64,000 bases of DNA. It comes from Trichosphaerium sp. ATCC 40318. Taxonomy: Eukaryota; Protista; Tubulinea. Below, piece after piece: positions 50,407-62,037 of the stretch. The notes beneath the pieces were generated by a model, which saw only the letters and a list, made by a program, of their open reading frames with translations, ran no database searches and had not been told where the DNA came from. The stretch is taken from assembly GCA_038496445.1 (NCBI GenBank), contig JALMLS010000353.1, forward strand, positions 372,001 through 436,000, given 5' to 3'. Made by a program: the position numbers and the translations under genes. The stretch's first letter is position 1. Every line of letters starts with the position of its first letter.

Positions 50407-51852
50407 ATGGCTGAAACCGATTCATCAGAGAACAGCAGCAAGCAAGAAAGTATTCGAGATGTTATACCGTTTGATATCCGCTTACACACTGCTGATAACT
50501 TCGATGAAGGCATAAACAAAGTTTTCGTCGCAGTTCGGTGTGATGGTAACGAACTGACGCGTTCTAAACCAGTTTGGGTAATCAACCAACGAGCTTCGTT
50601 TCATCAAACCCTACGCGTAGACTGTGCAATTAGTAAGTGCTATCAACTCGCGATTTTAATTAAAAACTTGTTTAGAAAAAAAAGGAGGAGCTTACAGAGC
50701 TAAATCGATGAAACTAGTGCTGTACAACCTCAAAAACAAAAATGGAAAAGTCAAAGATGAAAAACTTCAAGTACAGTTCACATGTTTACTCGTTTTAACC
50801 TGACACTGTCACTTCGTAGAAATTTGAGATAGACCTAGCTGATTTTGTAGACGCTGCACCAAGTGACACCGAACTGAAATCAGAACCGACAAAGAAAGGC
50901 AAAGGCTTGTCTCTTAACGTACTCAACGCTTGTTAAAAGAGTTATTTAATGTATCGTAGCTTGTAGTTAAAAAAGGGAATCGCGTTGGCTATGAAAAGCG
51001 TACCAAGGGCATTAAACGCATTAAAAAACGCGTAGGCCAGAAGCTAGGTGTCAAAACAAAAGAACCGTACACATTGTATTTTCTTCCAACTCAACAAACT
51101 GACGCGCTGTAGCGAGTATCAAGAATATTTCCTGTCAGATTCTGAAGAGAGTACAACTCAAAATGTGCGACAATTGTAAAAACAAGTGTAGTTTTTTTGA
51201 CTAGAGTGTCTAGGATATAGAAACGACCACAGACAATATAATAGACGATTCTGATTTATCCATAAGTGAATCTGTTGATATGGATCAATTTTGTACGCCC
51301 ACAGCTAAGGACTGTACTAATTTTCGAGTTGTAGTGAGCCCAGAAGCGAAGAAGGAGCTAGAAAAACTAGATCTCAGCTCTAGTTCTGAGTCAGAAATTG
51401 ACACGCAAGCTGTGATTGCAAAACGACCTGCCATTAAAGAACTACGGCGTAGAGTTACTTCCGTCAAGTTTAACCCTGTTGAAACCAAGGCGGTAGAAAG
51501 CGAGCCAGTTGCACTTGATGAACCCAACAAACCCCTCAAACCTGTCGCACCTGAGGAACCTGAAGAACCTAAAGAACTTGAGGAATCTGGGGACTCTATG
51601 GAACCTGAGGAAGATGACGAAGGTGATGAAAGCATAGAGGTCGTTAAATCACCACCTGAAGTGAAGAAAACTGAAAACAGCAAGCCGCCAAAACAGAACA
51701 AAAATAGGAAAAAAGCTGTCTCATTTGTAGGAAAAGAAGATATAATCGAGCCACAACCTGAAAGGTTACCTCAGCGACCAATGAGAGAAAAGACTCCACT
51801 ACTTGCACAGAAAAAACGAAAAAAATCTGCTCTTTGTTGCTGTTTTGGATAA
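50407..51852 (+). CDS. NT-C2 (EEIG1/EHBP1-type) domain protein with polybasic/Cys C-terminus
   Basis: IPFDIRLH...TRSKPVWV...ASFHQTL...Y.AK.MKL.L...FEIDLADF, acidic linker, ends KKRKKSALCCCFG. Confidence 0.65.
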
Positions 51853-52212
51853 TAGCGAAAAAAAATACAACCTGTACATTATAAGCCTTTTGTGTCTTTG
51901 CTTGGGAGTTACATTTGCTCTCGCTTTCCAAAACAGAACAAGGTCTTATCTAGAACATTAGTTCACTGCATTATTATTGTACTGCAGTGTGTTTTTTTAC
52001 CATCATGGGAGAGCTTGTGGCAAAAGAATCAGTCGTAACAAAGAAACCCGAGAGAATACTGAAACTAGTATTAAGTTTCTTTGGGAAATCCCTTACTATT
52101 AGCGTGTATTTATTGGCTAGCTCGTCGCACATCGCAGCGCTATACAACCCAAATACAATTTGGAGAGTTTTTACCTTAAATACAAACAACTTGCTCCTCA
52201 ACCCTTTTCACT

Positions 52213-55200
52213 ATGAGCTTGTACGTATTTTTGATTAGTACATTGTTGGATAACACGGTTGATTGTTGTTTACAGTTTCAAGTCTAATTCGAAAGGTCCT
52301 GATATTAACACCATGCGCGAGTACGCTAATAAGCTCTCGGCGAGAGATATAACGTTGGAGCACCTCATAACAGCCCAGCCGTCGTTGGGTCAAATGTTCG
52401 CAGCGTTTTTAAAGGAAGACTATGCTGAGGAATCGCTTGCATTCTACAAAGACGTGTGCAAGTTCGAGAAGCTCAAAAAGACAGGACCTCCAACAAAGGT
52501 ACTTCTATTTTCCGCTCCAAATACTCCGAACAGCGTATAACAACCTCCAACATTGTCAAAATACTATTTCTAAAACACCACTTTGCTAAAAACGTACAGA
52601 TGTTAAAAAAAGGAGCAAAGACGAATGCCCAAGGAACACTTATTTGTGAACAGTTTTTGGGCTTTGGTAGTAACAGCAATGACTCACAGATTAACATCAA
52701 CAAAGGCTTGCTTAGCGACATTAGAGTTGCGTACAAAACTCAACAGTATTATGAAGGCATTTTCGATGTTATTCGGGGTGATATAGCATCGTTGTTGCGT
52801 ACACAGCTACTAACATTCTCGAATGGAATGGACAAAAGTAGTTCTGATTATGGCACACTTTCAATTTACATGAAAGACATACAAAACGCGAGTGCATCGT
52901 TAGAGGAGCTCTTTGATAAGGAAAAGAGTATTACAACTGCTTTTAGAGCATTTTTAAAAAAAGGATTTAGCGAAGAGTATCTGCTCTTTTATTTAGAATG
53001 TGCGAAGTTTAATCGCCTAGCAAGCGCGGTACGTCTCTCGCACTCCCTAGAAATTACTTGTTGGGGTTTTTTTTCTCATCAAAGCGAACATAGTTGCATT
53101 GTTCAACATGCTTTTACGCATTTTTATTTTGTCATTTTATCTCCTCTAAGTGTTACTATTTTAGTCCAAATCGGCACAGTACGCTCTAGCTTTAGCAATA
53201 TGTGAAGCATACTTTGGGATTGACAGCGAAGACAGCTCGTCACGCGTTGCTGTTGCAAACGACGACATAATGAGCGCTTATCGCAAAAAAGTGTTCAATG
53301 TTGACACTTTCGTAAAACCAAAGCGCGAAATTGAGACTTTACTGACTACTAAATTCCTTGATTTCGTATTGAAGGCCGAACGCCTTTCGGTACACAATAA
53401 CTCAACTATTGTGACCACTAGTTAGCTAAATATTACCATTCTAGGACGACAAGCTGCGTGGCACTCCCAAGAAGCGTTCTCTTTCGCAACGTAATCTAGT
53501 CGTAGACACGGGCTCGTACAGTCCAGGAAGGAATAGTTACGGCGGTATGATTAGTCCGAAACGTCACTCTAGATCTAAGTCTGACTCTCCACGAAGGCGG
53601 TCAGAAGCATGGGTAGGTCCTTGGAAATTCGTTTTCTTTTTTACAAAACCTTTTATTTTTTGTCCACTCACTTTTTTGATCAAGCAATTGACGGATGAAG
53701 GATTCACAATTGCTGTCTCATGGGCATCTGAGAGAAAAAAGAAAAGGTTCAGCAAACACAGAGTGACATCTGTTCCAGTTCTGTTAGGTACAAAAATCAA
53801 TATTTGATAGGCGCTAATTTTGACGATACCTTCAGGTCTTCTAGCAGCTTTGTTCAAAATAACACGCCCTCTCGACCAGCTACGATTAGAGCTACTGGAT
53901 ACTGAGTTTGACGCTTATATGACACTTGAATCAATACGAGATTTGCCTACAAAATCTAGTATGAGAATTGTGTCGCTAGACCCTGATCCTCCTGGTGTAA
54001 ATGCAGACAGAGTGATTATTAAAAGGCTATTGGAAGATGTCAGCGAATTGAGAGTAGATCTAAGAGCACTCAAAACACACATGATAGGTGATTCACCACA
54101 ACCAAAACATAGCAAAAAGGCTAAAAAGGAAAAGAAAAAAGAACGAATTACTCATTATCCAAGAGCACCTCTCCCACGTGTCGTTGAGATTCCGCAAGAA
54201 GCAATAGCACAGGTGCAAGAAATAGAGAAAGCACTAGAGAAAGTAAGCAAGGAAAAAGGTCAAATACGAACACATAAATCCAAGGCATCAGGCGGTAGCA
54301 TGGGCAGCCCACAAACAAGGTCACGTGCAACCTCGTCAAGGTATTAAAACATGTATTTAAATGACTCTTCTTATTATTTCAATAGGTTAGAACTTGGCAT
54401 TGATGAACGTGGGCCACTTGGCGGGCACCGCTATGGTTCTGTAGTTTCTCTTGTATCTATTACTAAGCAGATACTGGAAGATGAAGAGTCAATTTTGAAA
54501 GAATGGCTCAAAGCAATGTACCTCACAGAGAACGTTGGCGTTGAGAGTCTTAACATTTGTACTGTAGGCCAAGCACAAGGAAAATTGACGCAAGCGTTTT
54601 AACCAATACATTGTGGCCAAGTGGTTGCAAATTTGACCCTTTTACGTGCTCAAGGCTTGCTTCCATTTTCGGCAAGGACACTACTAAGTTAATGGGTCCC
54701 ATGGAGCTAATTTTGCTAAGTACGATTACAACCAACTCCTGGTTTTAGCTTACAATTTTTCTAGCACGCTACATTGCGCACCTGTGGAAACCGTTTACAA
54801 AGCACGATAGAGTATGCGGGCAATTAGTATTATACAAGAACTAACAAGGCATAGTATGGTACAGATGCGCTCTCACACGAAGAATTGCTTAAAGCACTGC
54901 TTGAATTAAAATTCGAGAATGTATGTTTTGATAGTTTTTTTTGGCATTGTACCATGACTCTAAACGACCTATAGATGGATGATCAGTGTGTATATCCCCT
55001 GTTACAAAATCATCATTTAGACAATGATGGTGACGTTTTGTTTTCAGGTATGGCCTTTGTATAGCCTCAGACAGCTGCTAACTAATTTCCCATAGGTTTT
55101 GTAAGCCTTGTTACACAGTTTGCTTCCATTAGGACATTAACCAAGGACCTTCCCAGACGGCTTAATTCTACTTCCCTGGAAATGAACTTGTACGATTGCC

Positions 55201-55368
55201 TAAATGCTCTGCATTTTAAACTTACACTTTGCTTCAATAGACCAACCCTGATTCGCATAGTTACACAATTTCAAGTACGTTTTTTACACCTAGTGTTTTC
55301 ATGACACTCAATGTTTACCGTTTTTGTAGGAGTGCAAGTACCTTGATATCTTGGCTGACATTGTGTAA
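52213..55368 (+). CDS. Tandem RGS-domain protein with C-terminal penta-EF-hand-like domain
   Basis: MFAAFLKEDYAEESLAFYKDV and AFRAFLKKGFSEEYLLFYLEC (RGS signatures). The spliced C-terminus aligns by eye with ALG-2/peflin. Confidence 0.75.
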
Positions 55369-55616
55369 TTATCTCACGCCAATAATGTACTCAGAATTTG
55401 GCACCCTGAGGATCTGTATTTTACATCTGCAACAAAAGGCCAGAACGAAATTGCAGAAACGAATAAAATGGTCTACCTTGTTAAAAACACGCAGCAACTA
55501 CTTTTTCGAAGTTAACTTTGTTGTTCTATGAACTTTTGACAAAAGTTTGGATCTTGGCTTAAAAAAAATGTTAAGCTCTATTTCGCCGGTATTAGCATTT
55601 GTACCTGTAGTATAAC

Positions 55617-57834
55617 ATGGAAAATCGTTCCGAACTCCCAAAAAACGTCGGTATTGTGGCTATTGAGGTCTACATTCCAAAAACTGTAGTTAGCCAAACC
55701 AAGCTGGGTATGTACAGTACTTGAGTGAAACAGTAGCCAAAACCGACCCTTATGAACTCTATTTCGTCACCTATGGCTTCTTTTTATGTATTTGTATTTT
55801 GCGTTTCACTATCTGACAATACACCCACAGAAAGTTTCGACGATGTACCTGCAGGAAAGTACACTATTGGGTTAGGTACGCTTTTCTCTCCAATTTCTTA
55901 TTTGAGACTAATTGCCCTGCGCGTTGTTGTGGCTACTTCTTCGCTATACGTAGTTGCCTTTTACACTACGCTACTGTCATAACAAAACGCTTACATGCAA
56001 ATTAGGACAGACGAACATGGGCTTTGTTAGCGACAGGGAGGACGTTAACTCCATTTCCCTCACAGGTAATTGCGTAACAACACGCGAAATAAGTTCCGTA
56101 ATTTGTTCGTGTCGCTAATCGAGGCGTCAAAAGCTGTTGCCGGTCTTCTAGAGAAATACAACATCGATCCAAAGAACGTTGGACGCCTTGAAGTTGGTAC
56201 AGAGACAATTGTCGATAAATCAAAAGCAACAAAAACGTCTATTATGCGTTTGTTTCAGAAATACGGTAACTACGACATTGAGGGTACGTAAAATCTCTTT
56301 CCCAAAAAACTGTGCAAGCCACAATTGGTTTTTTTTTTGCTTCTGTGACACTAACTTGTATAGGTGTTGACAGTAAGAATGCTTGTTATGGTGGTACTGC
56401 CGCTCTATTGAACTCCATCGCTTGGGTAGAATCTAGGTGCGTTATAAAGCTGGCTTGTTTGGCATCATCGGATTTTTTTTTGATTTCTAATAATTATTGA
56501 CACTTTTACTAGTATGTGGGATGGTCGCTATGCTATTGCTGTAGCAGCTGATATCGCCGTATATGCTGAAGGTACAGTTTTGATATTATTTTGACAAGCA
56601 TTGGGTTGTTTTGATTATTGTGTTAGGAAATGCTAGACCAACTGGTGGCTGTGGATCTGTTGCCATGCTCATTGGACCAGATGCACCTTTGGTAATCGAG
56701 AGAGGTATGTCTTCACTACAAAATGATAAAAGCTTTGAAGCGAGCGAATATTTAGGAATTATATATTGACATTTTTTTTTTCTTGCAGGATTGCGTGGGT
56801 CTCACTTTGAGGACGTATGGGATTTTTACAAACCAGATCCTACCAGCGAATACCCAACTGTTGACGGTAAACTATCCATCTCATGCTACCTACGCGCTCT
56901 CGACCACTGCTACCAAATATACCGCAAGAAATACGCTGCAATCAAGGGAGGAGATTTTACAATGGATGACGCAGACTATTTTATTTTCCATGCTCCTTAC
57001 AATAAGCTAGTACAAAAATCGTTTGGCAGACTTGTACGTCTATTTGGTGATTTTTTTTTTTTTCGCAGTGCAGCTTGTACTTACCAATTTTAGCTGTTCA
57101 ATGACTTTTTGGAGCACCCAAACAACCCAAAATTTGCTGACGTGGCTGAATTCAAAGGCCTCACCAGAGAAGAGACATACTTTAACCGTGGCCTCGAACG
57201 TTCTTTTGTGAAGAAGGTACTCGATAGTTGTAATTAATTACACCTCTGCGCCTTTGTCTCTTTCTTACTGTGTTGTAGTCAAGGACAGCGTACAATCAAA
57301 AAGTTGCCCCTTCCACCATATTGCCAAAGCAACTTGGTAACACATATACCGCTTCATTGTACATGGGTCTTCTTTCTCACCTCACATTCTGCCCAGCAAA
57401 CACAGTACGAAATTTAATACAAAATCTGGAATGGCCATCTAACAGATTTATTTTTAGGTTGGTAAACGCCTAATGTGTTTCTCATACGGTTCTGGATTAG
57501 CTGCTACACTCTTTTCTATCAGAGTGCGTGGTCCAATAGAAGGAATTGTCCAAAGAGCTGGATTGAGAGATCGTTTGGCTAACCGCATGTTCGTAAACCC
57601 TGATGAATTTGTAAAGGTATGTTCAATGCAATCTTTATTCTTACCTTGGATTATCTCGTAATTTTTTGTGCCTAGAAACTTCAAATGCGTCATCACCAAC
57701 ACAACGCCCGCGGTGCTTATCAACCAAAGGGTTCTTTGAACAATATTTTCCCTGGCACGTACTATCTCACAAAAATTGATGACAAGAGCCGAAGGCATTA
57801 CGCCAGAAAACCTTTGCTTGGCTCCAAGATTTAA
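55617..57834 (+). CDS. HMGCS: Hydroxymethylglutaryl-CoA synthase
   Basis: [60 protein letters not shown]...[28 protein letters not shown]. Ends GSKI*. Confidence 0.97.
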
Positions 57835-58198
57835 AACAGAGAATTTTTTTTGCTTGTAGATTCCCGCATTCCTTATTGTACCGGGTACTCTACACTCTCT
57901 GAATGAAACACCATAACTGCTTTATCTATTAATAATAAAGGCATCACAGTACAGTGATAATAGTCAAAAATCGCGCAATCATTTTTCTGTTATTCCCATT
58001 GTTGTCACAACTCACGCTGTTTTCGCCAGTATTTTTCAAGTACCCACTCAGGGGAGGGGTGAGGGCCGTAGCTTGTCAAGCATCATAACAGTCAAAATTT
58101 CAACTGGGAGATTGCTGGGCAAAAACGCCAATGTTCACCAAAAATACTGGGTAGAATTCTAAAGCATGTATTATAAGCACCCCTCGCTGTAGTGTATT

Positions 58199-61100
58199 AT
58201 GAGTGCATCAATGAATAGGCATTTGGTGTTTGCCAAACCTCACACGAGGCAAGTTGTGGTTTTCTGTGATCGTGGAAGGCCTAATTAACGCGTCGTAGGA
58301 GCGGAAAAGATGTTAAAGCGACAAATGCCGGTAGGGTGATTGGTGGCGTTACAAGCGCCTATAAATTCGCCAGTGGCACCTTGTCGCGGTTTTTGGGGTC
58401 AGAAAAGTCTGTTGCGTATGAAGAGGAGCCAAGCGAACAAATAACGTTTGCTAAACACTACTACATGTATTTGGACGGTAGGAGGTATGTACTGAGTATC
58501 CAACCGAAACCTTTACCTTTCATGATGGCCTCATCGTTAGTTTTTGTTTGTTTATTTAATGAGAACAGGAAGGAGTGCATTCTTATCGGTTATAACGTTG
58601 GGTTTCAATTATGGGACGTCACCTCCATGTGGACCTCCAGACCTACAAATATCATAGAAGAGCTCTGTTCGGTCCGCTGTTGTCAAATACGCAATGTTAG
58701 CGTACGTAGAATCGTAGACACGAGACGCAGAGTTTGTTTACTTCGTTGCAAAAGATCAGCGCATTTTTTTGATTTTATCGCAATACTGACGCCAATATTT
58801 TTCGCGTTTGCATCATTGTTTTGTTGGCTGGATGTTTTTGAACAAATTACGTTTTATTTTGCACCAAATCTGTGGCACTTGTCAATTTTACAAGTATTAC
58901 ACGTTAAATGATATTGCTATCCTATACTAATGCGTAGAAAGGTTATTACTTCCACGACAATTGCACTTAAGCCAAATCATTTATTTTATCATCAGACGCC
59001 AGTTTTCGCTATTGTGTACGCTTTTAAGCAGTTCCTGGTGCATTAATCTGTAGTTGACATTTTGTATAAAATAGAACTGGTGAAGTTGATTCCAAGCGTC
59101 AACCAGCACACAGATTATTATTCTACTCTTTGAAGACAGCTAAGTTCCTCACAGACACCCCTAAAGATTTTGCGTTGTATAATTCTACCATACTCGACAC
59201 TGCGGTAAGCGACACAAGCTTTGTTGTCGTTACCAAAGGTGCCAAAAAACAAAATTAAACAAACTCAGATTATAGTCTAACTGATTATATAGAATGTGCT
59301 CACGTGTATGCGCGTCCGTTGGGTAAACAACCTAAAAAGAAAGCTAAAGTGAATGTACGGTTTGTTGTACCGCTATTTATTTTTTATTGAGTGTTTATTT
59401 TGACACTGTTCAGTTGTATTACGATAACGCAAACTTTACTGTATCAGGTGTTTTTACCCTTGGTAGTAGATGGCTTGCGTATCAATGCAAAGAAGGTACT
59501 ATTTGTCTCTCAGAGCATTCACAAAGAATTTTTTTGTTTTCCGCTAAAGGAATCATGTTACTTATTGCGTTTCTAGCTTGTCGCATGCCAGTGACAGATA
59601 CATCCATTTCTATTGAAGAGGCTACATCAAACTTGGATATCAACGATTTAACAAGATCTGTAAGTCACTTTGTTGTTCATCGTGGCGGTCAAGCAATTGA
59701 AATGGCTAAAGAAGGTGTACAAAGTGCAATGACTAGCGCTCCACCGCCCGAGAACCTCACAGACTCACGCTTAGCAGCCCTTCAAAGAGGTGAACCTGGT
59801 CACGTATGTTTCATTATTTTCTCAGGACAGTGTTTAATATTTTGCTAGGTGAGAGTGGTAGATGTTACTCTTGATTCAGTCGATGAAATTGCACACTTCA
59901 GATCACACAATGAACCACTTACAACTATGCAATTTGATGCTACAGGCTCTTTGGTACATTTTTTGTTTTGTTTTAATATCTTGTGTTTACTCATTTTGTT
60001 TCTTGTACAGCTTGTCACTGCATCTATGCGCGGTACAATCCTTCATGTATATAGAATATGCCCATCGCGAAACTCGTCAACTCCTTCTGCTATAAAACTG
60101 TACGTCAACAATTTTCTTGTAGCAACAGCCCTTTAATGTTTTATTAGGTATAATCTGGACAGAGGTGTTAGTGGCGCAACAGTTAAAGTACATGAAGAGG
60201 AGAATTTTATAGTTTTCCAACTTATACGTACTTTGTAGAATATTTCATTCAGCCCAGACTCGAGGCTAATAACTGTTAACTCCATTCCGAATGGGACAAC
60301 CCGTATCCTGAACTGTTTTTTTTTTGAAACTTCTTTTATTGTTATGAATCTTTGACTGTTGCAGATGTTTATGGTGTTGATTTGTTTGGTTCGGAAATTA
60401 CAGCAAATTCTCAACTTGGGCTTCAAAAGACGCCAATTAACACAACAGTGCAACAACACTTTGCTAAAATGAAGCGCACTAAGAAGGCACCACAAGTTGC
60501 TCTATTCCATGGCAGCGGTTCCAAAGAAGTAAGTTACCAGTGCTTTTTTTTTTTAAACCCTAACAAGTGTTTAGTTTGGTGGAATGGCATTTTTTGGTGC
60601 TTGGGAACATGAAGAGGATCACGAGAATGAAAGGCCAGCCCCAAGAAGGGTGATTGATGCTCAAAAGAAAAAACCTTATGATATGGCAGTACTTGATAGC
60701 AAGTGTATACTATCAACGTTAACAACAGCAGTTCAGCCATCTGGTAGTACTTTTTAAATATGTAAATTGTGATGCTAACAAGGTTTTATAGAAGCTACAG
60801 GTTTCCCAAGAGGTGTTGAAATGGCTGTTTTAGGCGATATGACATGGGATCTATGTCGCAGATCAACATGGCCTACTGTGCGTCATTTGGCACATTACTG
60901 AGATTGCTTTACAATTAATTACTGACATTCTGATTAGAGAACCATTCATGACAATGCACAAAAAGTACTTTTCATGCCGTGTGTTTTTTAGCGATTAATA
61001 GTATTTTAGCCTATTGACGAAGAAGAGGATGAGCTCGCCAATGATCCTGTAATAGAAAGAAACAGGTGGCTTGCCAATTCTGAGGTGGAAACATACAGGA

Positions 61101-61920
61101 GTGTAGATAGTCCGTTCTGGGCCTCGCCACAGTTCACGTGCGTGGTTTTAATTTTTTGCAACAGCTTGAGAGTTAACTCGCTGTCTTTTAGTTTGATTGC
61201 GCACACTGGTAATGCTGTAGAATTTCCAGAAGATTCGAGGAAACAAGACAGGATATACGATGGTATTCCTACACGAGTTGTTGAGACAGTTGGTAAAACG
61301 GTCAAGAATTCCGATGGTACACGCTTTCAGCATTTTAGAAATGAGCCTTCTAGCTTTTTGACACTTTCTTTTTAGATCTTTTCCGTGATGCTCTCAATGC
61401 TTCTGATTCTGATGCATCAGATTCTGAAGAAGAAGCTTTGTTGCGTAGACCAAGAAAGAAGCGAAACTCAAGGCGTGAAGAACCACAACAACCTGTGATT
61501 GTTCCTGAGGAGGCTAACGCAATAAACTTTGAACCACAAATACCAGCTCCAATAGCACGTGATGAGCCAGTACATAGAGAAGAACCTGTTTACCAGCTGC
61601 AACACCAAGAACCACCACTTCCTGCCATGCATAGACCTATAAATGATCCATCACTGTTGGAGGTTTCGTTGGATTTTGATGATGGATCACATTATAACTT
61701 TGGCCCTCCGCCTAATGCGGATGCGAATGGTGCTGGCTGAGTTGTAAAGTAGACAACTTACTGACTTTTGTTTTTAGATATATTGCAGTTACCGCAAGCC
61801 AATGTACAGCACCAACAACCAGAACCTGATGTTCCTGTAAATCACGATGGTCCAGAACCAGTCGATGAATCTTTTGTAAATAACTCTGTTCTTTTTGATG
61901 CACTAAGGGATGATGATTGA
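58199..61920 (+). CDS. BCAS3: BCAS3 / ATG18f-h-like WD40 autophagy protein
   Basis: FTLGSRWLAY, IAHFRSH...MQFDATGSLLVTAS, LY.LDRG, ISFSPDSR...GTTHVY, WDLCRRSTWP, WLANSEVETY...FWASPQF. Start codon tentative. Confidence 0.85.
60303..60364 (+). other. Probable U12-type GT-AG intron in BCAS3
   Basis: Donor GTATCCTG; branch-like TCTTTGAC 8 nt before the exon. Removal restores GTT(H)VY. Confidence 0.65.
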
Positions 61921-62037
61921 CTGAATTAAACTGTCTTTTTTTTGATATTAGGAGGACTAACACTACTTTGTATATACCACTAATAAAAAAAAGATTGCAG
62001 CCAACAAAAAAGATTACGTAATACTTTATTTACATTT

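Noticed and set aside
32953-51701. Long antisense ORFs (e.g. 32953-33537, 51285-51701)
   Set aside because: They are reverse-strand shadows of low-complexity coding regions.
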